From positions 1 through 41,172 of the forward strand of contig BAAIJX010000102.1 of NCBI GenBank assembly GCA_054600435.1: DNA of 41,172 nt, given 5' to 3'. This DNA comes from Neophaeotheca triangularis (Eukaryota). Every line of letters starts with the position of its first letter. Position 1 is the first letter of the stretch. Below the pieces are notes generated by a model. That model saw only the letters and a program-made list of their open reading frames with translations. It did not search any database and was not told where the DNA came from. Positions 11,440 through 23,197 of this stretch are shown piece by piece. The position numbers were made by a program, and so were the translations under genes.

Positions 11440-13566
11440 GATGCTGGGTTTGCAAAGTCAGAAGAGAGAGAGGGTTTACAACAACGACTGAGGAGAAATC
11501 TGGACAGAAAGAGAGCGGTAGACGTTTTTAGCTGAATGGTAGGATGGCGACAAGTCTCGCATGTTGCGTTTGACACCACTGTACTCCGGAACATAACGAC
11601 TAATTGTGGACCCGATCGAGGTGTCTACCAAGATGCATTGTTCTCTGGGCCGGCGCGGCGGAGCCACTCAGTTGCGCAGACACGCTGCGAGGTGAAGTGC
11701 ACTGTCGCTGACACCAAAGTTCCTCTCGGACCTGAGGTAATCTACGAAGCCGACCCGCGTGCCGCTAATGCAGACAATTCAGATCAGCAAAAGCCACCAA
11801 AATTCGCGATTGGCGGACTTTCAAAGCTGGTTGCACCCTCCAAAACCCTCGGCAAAACTGCTAAATCAAGGACTGATATCAGCGATTGAAATGATAAGAG
11901 ACGAAGTGATACCCAAAGGAGACCTTTGAGCCGGGCTATCTCGAGTCATCCTGGGAAGCAAAGGCTCTCGTTGTTCGCTGGACGCTCTTAGCAGCATCTT
12001 CTCCATGTTCACTGGGTAAAGCTCTCGTAAACAACGAGTTATGGTAGCAGTTAGATTCAAACTTGTGGGTTCCAACGACTCCCTGAAAACCACACCGGCT
12101 TGCTTGCAAGAAGCCGTTCCATTCTCCCAGGAGATCCAACTTTGAGGTCCATCATCGCAACTCAGAATTGTTCGACCCAGTGCATCAGAGCACACACCGG
12201 AGCTGGCCGGTAAGGCTGGAAAGCAGTCACTGGTAGGGACGTCGTCGACTCCACATATTGGATACTTAGGTAGTCTCAACGACAAGCCTTGCCCTAAGTA
12301 CGTACGGTTCGGTCAAGGCTGTGCGTCATGCTAGCGATTATCGTGAAATTGTCGCGGCGTCGTAAAGCATATCCAAGTCCGCAATAACGTTATGTTCGAG
12401 CCGAGAAGCGAAGACGGATTACCAAGATGTTTCTTTTCGGCAGATGGTGCTGCCAGCGAACATGGCTCGTTGAACTGGTCAGTATGCAAGGCTACCTTCT
12501 AGTGAGACGCCATGAGACGCCGTGAGGCTGGTAAGCGCCACGCGCGAACGCTCTTTTTGACGCTCCTTGCAAACTTCGGGTGCGATAGCGCCGTGCATGG
12601 GAAGATCGACGTCCGAAAGTCTATGACGAGGGTGTTGCAAGACTTGTAATGGTATACCAGCCACGCGTGCGTGAGAGGATGCAGCCGCAGTTGGCCACTT
12701 TCCTGTACCTGTAGATCTCTTCACTTGTACTCATGCTTGCTCGAGTAATTCGACGTGAGCAGCGTCCTGGGTCTCATCGTTACCGTGTGCCCACCTCAAT
12801 CTTTTGGCAGATGAAAGAATCCTTCTGCGAGGTGGGAATAGAGTTGATACGCTAGCAGCTCCAATGGGGGAGGGGCAAACGGGCTCTGCGCTTGTTTCGC
12901 GGCTCACGCCGGTGGCCAACATGATTCGCTGAGTCTTGTAATCAATAATTAATGATTAGAACGCGTTTTGAGCCAGAATTCAAGAGCGGCGACACCCGCT
13001 GCCAACTACTTCTGTCACCCGCGCATTGCGGAGAGCCGACTGCGTCTTGCCGTCTTGCCCTTCCTCCTACAGGCTAGCACTACCTAGTACGACACCTAGC
13101 ACTGCTATCATCCATCATCATGTATGGCCAGCACCTGCCAGGCGCCCTATGACATCCACGACCATGGGTTAGGAACGGTACCTGGGTACCTAGGGTGTAT
13201 AATGCAATCTGATGCGTCACTGGACAAGCACGAGACCTTCACGGCCCTATTATTACATTCCACACTCACGTCGCGGCATCTTAATCTGCCGACTACCGTT
13301 GTCTACGTGGTCGAGGGATTTTCACCGCAAGGCTGAGCACGGCGACGGCGACTCGACGACACGAGGTGCCGTCTTGCCAGAGGTAGGTGTCATCGCACAG
13401 ACACCCCCGAAACGCCTCTGCCATCCGTAAGCTTTCCTCCTACCTTTTCTTAAATGGCCAGATTCTCCCTCTTTCTTTCAAACAAGCCTCAATTCTCCGA
13501 ACCGTGGTACATCATACACGGCCGAAATCAAAACAAACCCGTCGATCACACAAACTTCATACCGAG
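11440..13566. promoter_or_regulatory. Divergent intergenic/promoter region shared by the P450 (-) and FAD monooxygenase (+)
   Basis: Head-to-head arrangement of the two ATGs (11439 and 13567). No credible coding ORF between them. Confidence 0.6.
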
Positions 13567-15248
13567 ATGGGTTCTATGCCACCTGAGGGCTCTGTGCCCA
13601 AGCCTCTGGGCTCATACCCAAAGTCTGGCATTGATGTCTTGGTTGTGGGGACCGGCCTCGCAGGGCTGACGGCCGCCATTGAATGTGTCAGGAAAGGTCA
13701 CAATGTCCAAATCCTCGAGCGCAACAGCGATATCAACACCGCAGGTAGACATCCCCGGCCTGTAATCTGATGCAACGCGAATGGAGCTAATATTATTCAT
13801 CTCAGGTGACATGTACTTCATGGGTCTTTCTGCGACCTTCCTCTTCAAACACTGGGAAGAAATGCGAAAAGAGTACGAAGAGATCTCGCTTCACGACGCC
13901 TGGATTGAGACTTTCAAGCACGATGGTGAACCGGTGGTCAAGCCACTCAAGGTTGCAGAGAGATTGGCAGCGGCTGGCTTAAACCCAAATACGCCCCCAG
14001 GAACGTTCCAGATGAGACCGCTAGTCTATAAGATGTTCGTTGCCCAGGTCGAAAGGCTGGGCGTTTCGGTGAAATTCGGGCGCAGGGTGGTGGACTACTA
14101 CGAGGATCTCGAGAAGGGTAAGGGCGGTGTTATGACTGACGACGGTCAGACGTATGAAGCGGACGTTGTTATCGCAGCGGATGGTGTTGGCTCGAAGTCG
14201 CAAAAACTGGTCGGTGGCCAAGTACGAGCGAGGTCCTCTGGCCGTGCCATGTGGCGTGCTGCGTTTCCCATTGAGAACCTCGACAAGAACCCTGAAGTCA
14301 AGGAGTACTTCAAGCGAGTTGGGCCGAATAACGATGAGCCTATCGTGCGAACATTCCTCGCCCCTGGATCGTATGCACTCACCTTGACAAGACACGACAC
14401 CATGATATACATCATCAACCACGACGTAAGCTTTGCCATGCTCAGACTCCCCGCAAAGCGGGACCTTAACTGACGTGCACTCGCAGGCTACTGGTACTGA
14501 AGCCGAGTCTTGGAACAACACAATCGACAAGGAGGAATTGCTTGAGGGCCTCGAAAAGGTGCCTGGTCCGACCAAGTGGGCTCCCATCTTCAAGGACCTC
14601 ATCCGCTGCACACCCGACAACACCATCATTAACTTCGAGCTCCTGTGGAGAGATCCTCAGCCTAGCTGGGCGTCACCTGGTGCTCGCGTGGTCCAGATTG
14701 GCGACAGTGCACACTCCTTCCTGCCCGCGTCGGGTAACGGAGCAACCCAAGCAATTGAGGACGCCATATCACTTGCCTCCTGCCTGCAGCTAGGTGGCAA
14801 GGATAACATCCCCGACGCGGTGAATGCGCACGTGCGATTCCGGTAGGTCCAAGTGCTCCTTCGTCAAATCCGCCAGCAATGCAACTAACCTCCAAACAGC
14901 TTTATCCGCACTGCCTGCGCACAGAAAATGGGCTTCCTCAACGCAGAACTCCTGCAAGACACCGACTGGGACAAGGTTAAAGCCGATCCCCGTCGTGCGC
15001 AGCCCAAACACCCCAAGTGGGTTTGGGCACATGACCCCGAGGTCTACACGTACGAGAACTACTACAAGAACGTCGACGCCATGAAGCAGGGTATTAGGTT
15101 CGACGACGCTTGCTCTATGGATGACCCAAGCCTGATGAAGCCGAATTTCCCACCCGGCTACAGGTATGAGCCATGGAATATCGACGAGATTATTGATGCC
15201 AAATACAAGGACCAACCAGTTGAGCTGGGGCCTGGGAACTGGGATTAA
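13567..15248 (+). CDS. FAD-dependent (class A, UbiH/MAK1-like) monooxygenase, 500 aa; exons 13567-13744, 13806-14425, 14487-14842, 14900-15248
   Basis: FAD fingerprints VLVVGTGLAGL, IAADGVGS and QIGDSAHSFLPASGNGATQAIEDA. Three GT-AG introns of 61, 61 and 57 bp give a continuous 1503-nt frame. Confidence 0.93.
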
Positions 15249-15838
15249 GTGTATTCAATTCTGCATTGTTTGGGAGTTGATGGTCTAGCGAAGCATTTTG
15301 AATATTCGTAATGAGATTATGTGTCAGAAGTTCTGTCTAATTTAACATTGTGATGTTACTAGTGGCCTTGTCAGCCATTCTCATCTTGTCCTGCGCCAGG
15401 CGAGAGTTACAAGTCATTGGATCGAGAATTGCAGTCGTTTCAACAGTATTCCAGTAATGTCGCCGACCTTCAAATGCGATGCGATGGGGAAGGTTGCATA
15501 TCAGGTCGACATAATATCGAAGTCGAAGAGGTCTTCGAGCTTGTAGGACGACAGTACCAGGTCGCAACAAGGGTATGGACTCAATACCTCCCAGCGGCGA
15601 ATCAGAGAGCGCAACGACAAGTGGCAAAAACTTGCACGTGTCGCTACGTATGCCTCCTGCACGAGGACCTATAAGACATGTTGCATAATCCAGTCTAACG
15701 ATTTCTAAAATCATTGTGTTTCTAGGTAATCGATAATTCAGCTGAAAGGTCTTTATAACAAAGATGAAATGGAAGATGTAAGGTGGTATATGGCACGATT
15801 TTCCGGGACACTAGTCACCGATAAAGACGTTCATCAAC

Positions 15839-17758
15839 ATGGCTCCCCACCAGCGACCACGAGCATGCGAGCCTTGCCATTCCATCAAAATCAAATGCGA
15901 GCTGGGGTCTACAGGAGGCGCGCCTCCCTGCGAAAGATGCGTCCGTCTGGGCAAAGACTGCACCGTTTCTAAGCCACGGAGAAACAAAGACAAGGTCGCG
16001 GAATTGGAAGCCAGAGTAGAAGCCTTGACCAAAATGCTCGAGGCCCAAGGGCTCTCCCCAGAAGGCAACAAATCGAGCACCGCGTCGACAAGTAACGGCA
16101 CCGGATCCAGTCAATACTCCAAAAAACGTCGACTCGAAAATGATCTGTTTGCCGGCATCGATGCGCCTGCTGCTGTTCCGGATCAGGGTGCTTCCAATGC
16201 CAACCCTCCCGAGACACCTCAGTTCAACCATGAAGGAATTTCTGTACGAGTCGATCAGCTGGTGCCGAGAGATGTGCAAAGACAGATTGTTGACAAGTAT
16301 GTTCATGTCATCGTACCTAAATACCCATTCGTGCAACTTGAACCAGGCACCACTCTCGAAAGTCTTCGCTCGTCCAAGCCTCTGCTCTGCCAGGCAATAC
16401 TATCAACGCAAGGCCCAGAGTACCTCTCCGACGAAGCGCAAGAAGAGCTCATCGTAGTCATGATGAACGTCTACGGAAACGCAATCATTAACGCCGGAGA
16501 GAAGTCGTTAGAAGTCGTCCAAGCCATCCAGGTAGCAGTCAGCTGGTTCAATTCACCTCGCACTCATAAACACGTCAACGTCTACCAACTCATCCACATC
16601 GCCGCAGACATGGCGGCGGACATTGGCATTGGCGGCATCAACTTCAACCCTCTGCCCAAAACCATCACAGGCGACGATTTCGAACCAGATCGCTACACCC
16701 ACGAAGCACGACGAGCCTGGCTAGTCTGCTACCTCCTCTCCGCCAGCATAACACTCAACATGCGGCGCCCCAGCTCGAACCAATGGAGCCCATACCACGA
16801 AGAATGCCTCAACATCCTCTCAGCCGCCTCCAACCCCTCCCCCCACGACGTCCTCCTCACAACCATCATCCGCGGCGAAAAACTCTGCGAGACAATTGCC
16901 CTTGCCAACCACCTAACCGACATGCAATCCCACACCGACATCACCTCCCCAACCCACCAATACATCCTCAAAGACCTCACCGCACAGCTCCAAACCTGGC
17001 GCACCACCATGCCCACCCCCTCCATAGCCTCCCAAGTAACCCTCTGGGACAGTCTCGCCCTCATCCACCTCCACGAACCCGTCCTGCACACCGCAACCAA
17101 CAAAACCTCTTTCGCCGGCCCCTTCCTGGCCGAGCGCCTAGCCGAAACCGACTTTCCAGCCCCGAGCCCTGTAACCCAGGCCCACGCACACTCGCTCCTG
17201 ACGCTCAAAAGCACCATCCACGGCCTGCTGACCTCCCTCGCCTCCCTGCCCTCCCGCTCCATGCTCGCCGAACCCGGCCTCATCTACCTGCCCCGCGGCG
17301 CTTTCAGCTTCTACCTGCTCATGAAACTCTACATCGCCGTCACGGGGCCGGGAAACACTTTCTCCGCCGTCATCAGCCCCGACGAGCTGCAAGTGGAAGC
17401 GCACGTGGCCAAAATGCGCTCCCTCGCCACGCGAGCGAGGGATGTCCATGGCGTGTTCGTGCAGAAGAAGATTTTGATCGTCGTAGATAGGATACGGGAT
17501 TGGTTTGTGGGGTATAATAGGCGGATGGGGTTGGAGACTAAGGGGGTCGGGGAGCTGTATGAGGGGGGGTTGGAGGAGGCTGGAAGGGCGGGGGTGTTTG
17601 GGGGGTGGTCGGGGGAGCAAGAGTCAGTTGTTTTGCCTGAGATAGAGGGGGCTGAGTTTGGTTGGGACGAGTTTTTGGCTATGCCGGATCAGGGGCTGGA
17701 TTTTGGGTTTGGGGATTTGTTTGCTGAGGATTTTGGTTTTGATCGGGGGTGGTCGTGA
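15839..17758 (+). CDS. Zn(II)2Cys6 fungal transcription factor, 639 aa, single exon
   Basis: Binuclear cluster RACEPCHSIKIKCELGSTGGAPPCERCVRLGKDC, then a coiled coil (VAELEARVEALTKML), a middle homology region (EARRAWLVCYLL) and an acidic/aromatic C-terminal tail. Confidence 0.95.
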   Translation: MAPHQRPRACEPCHSIKIKCELGSTGGAPPCERCVRLGKDCTVSKPRRNKDKVAELEARVEALTKMLEAQGLSPEGNKSSTASTSNGTGSSQYSKKRRLENDLFAGIDAPAAVPDQGASNANPPETPQFNHEGISVRVDQLVPRDVQRQIVDKYVHVIVPKYPFVQLEPGTTLESLRSSKPLLCQAILSTQGPEYLSDEAQEELIVVMMNVYGNAIINAGEKSLEVVQAIQVAVSWFNSPRTHKHVNVYQLIHIAADMAADIGIGGINFNPLPKTITGDDFEPDRYTHEARRAWLVCYLLSASITLNMRRPSSNQWSPYHEECLNILSAASNPSPHDVLLTTIIRGEKLCETIALANHLTDMQSHTDITSPTHQYILKDLTAQLQTWRTTMPTPSIASQVTLWDSLALIHLHEPVLHTATNKTSFAGPFLAERLAETDFPAPSPVTQAHAHSLLTLKSTIHGLLTSLASLPSRSMLAEPGLIYLPRGAFSFYLLMKLYIAVTGPGNTFSAVISPDELQVEAHVAKMRSLATRARDVHGVFVQKKILIVVDRIRDWFVGYNRRMGLETKGVGELYEGGLEEAGRAGVFGGWSGEQESVVLPEIEGAEFGWDEFLAMPDQGLDFGFGDLFAEDFGFDRGWS

Positions 17759-17792
17759 AGGCTGGGGGTGGTCGTGAAGGCTGTCGTGAAGG
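17745..17792 (+). repeat. 19-bp tandem duplication spanning the TF stop codon
   Basis: GGGGGTGGTCGTGAAGGCT at 17745-17763 and 17764-17782, plus partial GTCGTGAAGG at 17783-17792. Confidence 0.85.
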
Positions 17793-18470
17793 TTAGGGGT
17801 GGTTTGGAAACACAGTTAGGGCATTGGACCGGGTAGACTAATCGAGGCTTCTTCTGCCCCTTTTTAGAAAGCTCGTCTAGGTACGAAAGATACCCCGGGC
17901 CATAAACGCAGAAGAACGACTAAATGAGCGAATAAAGCAATAAAGCAACGAACGAGAGAATGCACGAATAACAAGAACGAACCGATGAACCAACGACCTC
18001 GCCTCGCCTCGTCTTAACCCAGAATAGAAAACATCGAAAGCCAACAACCCCCACAGACGCAAATGGGAACTAAATTCTCTCTCAATTTTGTTTCTAAAAA
18101 AAAGGGTAAAAGAGAAAAGAAAAGGCAGCCCTAACCCCCTAACCTAAGCAATCAACCAAACCCCCCCTGCCCCCCCAAATACTTCAACAGACAGCTTTGG
18201 CCAAGATATAGAAAGAGATCAGGAACGTAGGAGCGTACAACAACCGCCACCAGCCCGAACGGTAAGCAGTGCCGACCAAAGGCAGTATCCAGCTAACAAG
18301 TAAAATACTTCTTTCATTCCATCCGAGCCAAAACTAACTAGAAGACGATAAATGTGAGCTCCCGATACACATGAGCCCGCCATGAGACTGAGACCCGAGA
18401 GCCAAAGGAGAGGGAGGAATTAAGTCAAACCCCCACCCCCACTTTTCCATTTGTTCCTGTTATGCTATAC

Positions 18471-18500
18471 GACACGACACGATACGATACGATACGACAC
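18471..18500. repeat. (GAYAC)6 pentanucleotide microsatellite
   Basis: GACAC GACAC GATAC GATAC GATAC GACAC. Confidence 0.85.
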
Positions 18501-19343
18501 TACATGGGCACGGCATGGAAGCGGAAAGCAAGGTCAAGGGAGAGAGAAGAAGACATTATGTACAAAAGCCGAGGTAGTGGACTAGTAATAAGAGGTAGGT
18601 AGGTAGGTAAGAGTCGCGGCGCCGTCGCTCGAATAATTGGGGGGACTGATGAAAAAGGGGGGGAAAGATATCACTAAAAAAAAAAAAGGCGCTCGTCCGT
18701 TCGTCATCAGAGTTTTGGGGAAAAGGGTAGGGGGAGAGCGGGCCGTCTTTTTCCTTCTTCTCCCCGCTTGATTTTGGGCATCATCTCCACCCTTTTCCAC
18801 TTGATCTGTTTTGCGACTTGGATTGTTTGCTGGTCGTCGAGTGTGATCTCGAGGCTGTTGCGGATTGGTGAATGGAAGCAAACGCCCGGCTGTGGCTGTA
18901 TCGGCAAAGCCGCTGCTTGAGATGATAATGTCTGGCAACTGACAGCAGAGAGCTTGCGAGTCGCCTCTAGAGCAAAAAGGCCACAGCACCAGGCCCGGCG
19001 GTAGTTTCGAACAGACAGTGGCAATGATCAAGGTGAAGATGCTCGCCCGGGAGACTGAAAGATGATGTTGATGAATTGAATGATGCCTGAAAGCCCGATG
19101 CTCGATCGTCCTGCTCAATGGATGCCTTCCTGTCCAGAGTCCGCAGGGGGAAAACGTAATTGATCGCTCGCGGATGGGTTGGGTATCATGTACAAGGAGC
19201 CAGTCTTGTCGTCGTCAAAAGGGTGGGTTAAGAATGGTTGAGGTTTGCCGAGAAGAACGGAAGAAGAATCGCTTGATCGAGAAAGTATGTACTTTGGTTG
19301 CTGCTGGCGATGCCAGGACTGGTTTCGCTGTTGCCGTCATCCC

Positions 19344-20841
19344 CTACGAGAAGATGAACTTGGCTGTGCCTGACCTTACGGCAACCTGGGGGTTAAGGCT
19401 ATGAGTGAGCTGGTTGATGGATTCGTTGGAGTGCAAGTCTACTTACGGTGCAGCCCTCCTTGGTGTTGCAGTTCTCGTAATTCTCGCCACTGCAGTACTG
19501 GCCATTCTGGTACCTGCACTTGCCATTCATGTCGTCGCCTTGAAGCTCGACGCTGAATTCGAGCTTCTCGTCAGTTGTTGGGGCGTTTTGAAAGATTGAA
19601 AGCCAAGCAGAACCGGCGCTGTAGCCGACGCCCAAGTTTACGGGAGCCCAGTTGCCCCACGGTTGAGCTGGGCTGCCCCATTGGCAAGCATCCTGTACAG
19701 CGACATCCATTGGGTTGACGTAATACTGAGCAGAAGTCATGCCACCTTCCCAGACGTAGTAATTGTCGCCATCAGGGCAGGCGAGCTCGGTGGTGCTGCC
19801 AGGGGTGGTGTCGACGGGGACAGTCTCGGCTTCGGTGCCGGGGTAGTCGGTGCGGCAAACGGCGGAGTTACCGCTGAGTCTGTTCTCGACGACAACCTTG
19901 ACCTGATCAGTGCCTCTCATGCAGAGGCTCTTAGACAGACTGGGGTTAGTGAGCGTGAGCTTGCCGTTCTTGCACTGCACGCCGCCGACAGACTGGCCAG
20001 TGGCACCTTGAGTAGTGGGCCATTGGGTCTTTTGGTAGCCAGCAGGGCAGGCGTAGGAGCAGTAGGAGCCTTCAGTACAGCAGTCCTCGCCGGAGCAAGT
20101 CCCAGAAGTGGCAGTCCTGATGTTGGCGTAGCCGCTGAGCTTCTCGACAGCGTTGCTGAGGAGATCACGCTTGTGGCGAGTGCCGGGACTTTGAATACCA
20201 GTCCAGCCACCAAGACCAGCCCAAGGGACAGCCAGAGCGCCGTATTCGGAGGGGAAAGTGGAGCAATTGATTTCGCCATCAGGGAACTCGCGGTCAAGAC
20301 CTGATGCATCGTCGTGGCTCCAACCCGAACTGCTACCACTGGAGCTTCCACCGCTGTAGCTGCCAGAAGGTGCCTCGGCAGGACTGCTGGACTCGACTGC
20401 AGATTGAGCGGTGGAGGTTGGTGCGACGTATTCCGAGGTTGGCTCCTCGCTGGTAGTGGGGGCGGCTTGGGTGCTGAGCGTGGTTGGCGGTGCGGCAACA
20501 TACTCAGACTCGGCGGAAGACGATGGATGGGTGTAAGCGGGGGGTGCTTGGGTGGAAGCAGCCTGCTGCTGCTGCTCAGTGGAAGAGTCGTATTCGGCCT
20601 TGTCCATGACAGCTCCATTCGCCCACACCAGAGTACCGTTCGCAATCCCATTCTGCACGTCTTCGGCAGAGATTGCCTGTCCGTTGAGTTCGTAGACGAC
20701 GACAGTGGGACCGGCGACTTGGACAACGTCCACTGGGGTGGGGATGCGCTTCACATGGTGGTGTTGGTGTCCATGGTTGTGAGGATGCGCGCCGGCGCAA
20801 GCAATGGCTGCGGAGAGCAGTACGATCGAGGTAGTCTTCAT
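19344..20841 (-). CDS. SUN-family (GH132) secreted beta-1,3-glucanase, Sun1/Uth1/Sim1-like, 478 aa; exons 20841-19447 and 19385-19344
   Basis: Signal peptide MKTTSIVLLSAAIACAGA, His-rich propeptide ending KR, S/T/P-rich linker, and SUN motifs CSYACPAGYQKTQWP, CRTDYPGTE and GNWAPVNLG. Intron 19386-19446 restores the usual C-terminus GCTVAVRSGTAKFIFS. Confidence 0.93.
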
Positions 20842-22761
20842 GTTGTCGGGTATAGCCAAGTAATGTTATGGGTGTCGTCTAGCCTGTCAATGTGGAGGTT
20901 TGTGGTTGGTCGCTGGGGTGGTCGCTAGCCTGGTCGCAAGGATGATTTTAGAGGTGAGGTCGCAAGCTATTGTCAAGGACAGGTATTGTCGAGTCGGCGC
21001 AGTGACAGGATTTGTCGCGTGGAAAGTATTGTTGCAGTCGTTATTGTTTGGAGGCTGGTGTGCGTGGCACGAAAGAATGTGAACGTGACAGATGCGTAGG
21101 TGGTGAATGGGATGGGGGACGGCGAGCTATTCCAAAAGAATGAATAGGAGTCACGAGGAAGTCCTGGTGGAATAGGTAGGGCCGTAGGGGTTTGGTAGAG
21201 ACTGAAACAACGGTAGGCTGTAACGTGGTAGAGAGACTCTCACAGCATGTCCGGGGAGGATGTCGCAAAGGATCGGAGGAAGACGAGCGACGAGGGAGGG
21301 TCGGGGGGGGAGGAGGAGACTGGGAGGGAGAGGGAAAGGGAGAGGGCGAGGGCGAGAGCGAGAGTGTTTGGTCGGTGGGAAACGGGGTCTGGGTCTGGGC
21401 GTGAGGGTGAGGGTGAGAGTGAGAGTGAGCTTGATCAAGCCTCTCATGCCAGGCTTCATTTCGGCAAATGGACCAATAGCACGGCAGACCATGTGGCCCC
21501 TGCAACACCAAACTTGTCGAGAGGTAGTAGTAGTAATAGTCATGTAATTTGATCATGTGTGACGAGAGAGAGAGTCAGGTAGTAGGTAAGTAGGAAGTAG
21601 GTAGTAGACTAGTAGTATAGGTAGTAATGGGTAGTAGACTGTTTACTACAAGAATCCCAACCTCCAGCTACTAGCAAATACCTCCTTGGATGGTACATGA
21701 TGTTGCTGCTGCTAGGAGGTACTCATCTTACAACTGCTTCAAGTGTTTCAGGGGAGGAAGTAGTAAGGATACTGTAGTAGTCCATCACTCGGTTCCTGCA
21801 GTAGCGCCAAAGTCTGCCCTGAAGAAACGGGCAGACTCCACTTTCCACAATCATCTTACTGTACACCACCTCCTACTACTGCATTCCACCCAAGCTTCCA
21901 ATTCCTTTCCAAGAACGGGCACAACCACAACAACGACAACACACGCTGGCAACCTGTCGTGCCGCTTTCTCCTACACACCCTCCAGCACAGCCATCTCCA
22001 CGCCTAGAGTCGCGCCCAAGTCTCAAAGTCACTCCCGCTTCCCCCCCCACCCCCCCCCCCAAAATGAGACCCGACCACTGCACTCAACGCCATCATTCCA
22101 AGAACAACAATCAAGAAGCCTCGGCCCCCATGGCCATTCCGGCGCAACCTCTAGCCATTATATAGGAGAAAGATACGGTCAAAACAAACAGAGGTCCACA
22201 ACTGCAGTCGCTTTTCTCGCAAGACAGCATACTAGTACTTACAGCGCATCGTGTCGCCCACGCCCAAAGCTGTCCGCGGGTCGTGTGGAAACACAATCCA
22301 TCCCTGGGAACAGACAGTTACTGCAATCTACTGCATCACAACGAACGACACGAGCACGTTCCCATAGCCAGCCACGAGTCTTCACACCTGCCTACTACAT
22401 GGTACGCATGTGCCAGTGCCTGTACCTGTGCCTGTGATTGTGCCTGTGCTTGTACCTTGTATAATGTAATCTACCATGTACCCACCATGTACCTACCACA
22501 TACCCACCACATACCTACCACCGCACCCACCTCCACACCCATGCCAGTGCCAGTGCCCACAAACACCTCCTTGCCCCCTCCCGTCCCCATGCTCTTCCAA
22601 GGTTCCCAACCCTCTCCAGCCCCGCTCTCGGCCACAGCCAGGGCCCCACGAGTTGTAAAACCCAAGCATCTAGCTAACGCCAGCCTAATTAACAACCCAT
22701 CTATCCGGCATCACTCAACACATAAGGTAGTCCAGAGGCATCAGCATCGTCAGCGATCGTG

Positions 22762-22763
<2 letters not shown>

Positions 22764-22813
<50 letters not shown>
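22764..22813. repeat. (CT)n microsatellite, about 25 units
   Basis: Uninterrupted TC dinucleotide run. Confidence 0.95.
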
Positions 22814-22817
<4 letters not shown>

Positions 22818-23197
22818 CCTCCCTCTCGAGAGCCGAGCTGAGGCTACCCAACACCTCATACGCCGTCCACAGCCTCGACCGCGTCTGGCTTCAAGGCGAG
22901 TAAGTGGAGCGCTTTCTTTCTCCGCGGGAAAGGCGTCTCGTTTGCCCCTGTATGAGAGTTGAGTTGAGAAGTGCACTTAAGCTACCGTAAAGTCTTACCT
23001 ACCAACCCTAAGTACTTATGTAGTGCAGCCCACTAAGAGAGCTGTCTGGGGAAATGCTCGAAATCAATCTAGTGGAGGCAACCTCCCGAAAACAAGCGTA
23101 ACTTCATGCTTTTCTGCAACAGCTACCTTTACGTTTTTATAGCCAGGCACCTAGCCAGGCAAGCTGCTGAAACCCTCTCTACATCTCAAACCCCACA

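Noticed and set aside
16729..17620. 160-235-aa overlapping ORFs in the TF gene
   Set aside because: Caused by extreme C/G skew; translations are low-complexity.
18129..18147. CCCTAACCCCCTAACCTAA telomere-like sequence
   Set aside because: Only about three degenerate units, internal, within a C/A-rich tract.
21041..22976. Multiple 60-206-aa ORFs upstream of SUN
   Set aside because: Translations of microsatellites and low-complexity DNA.
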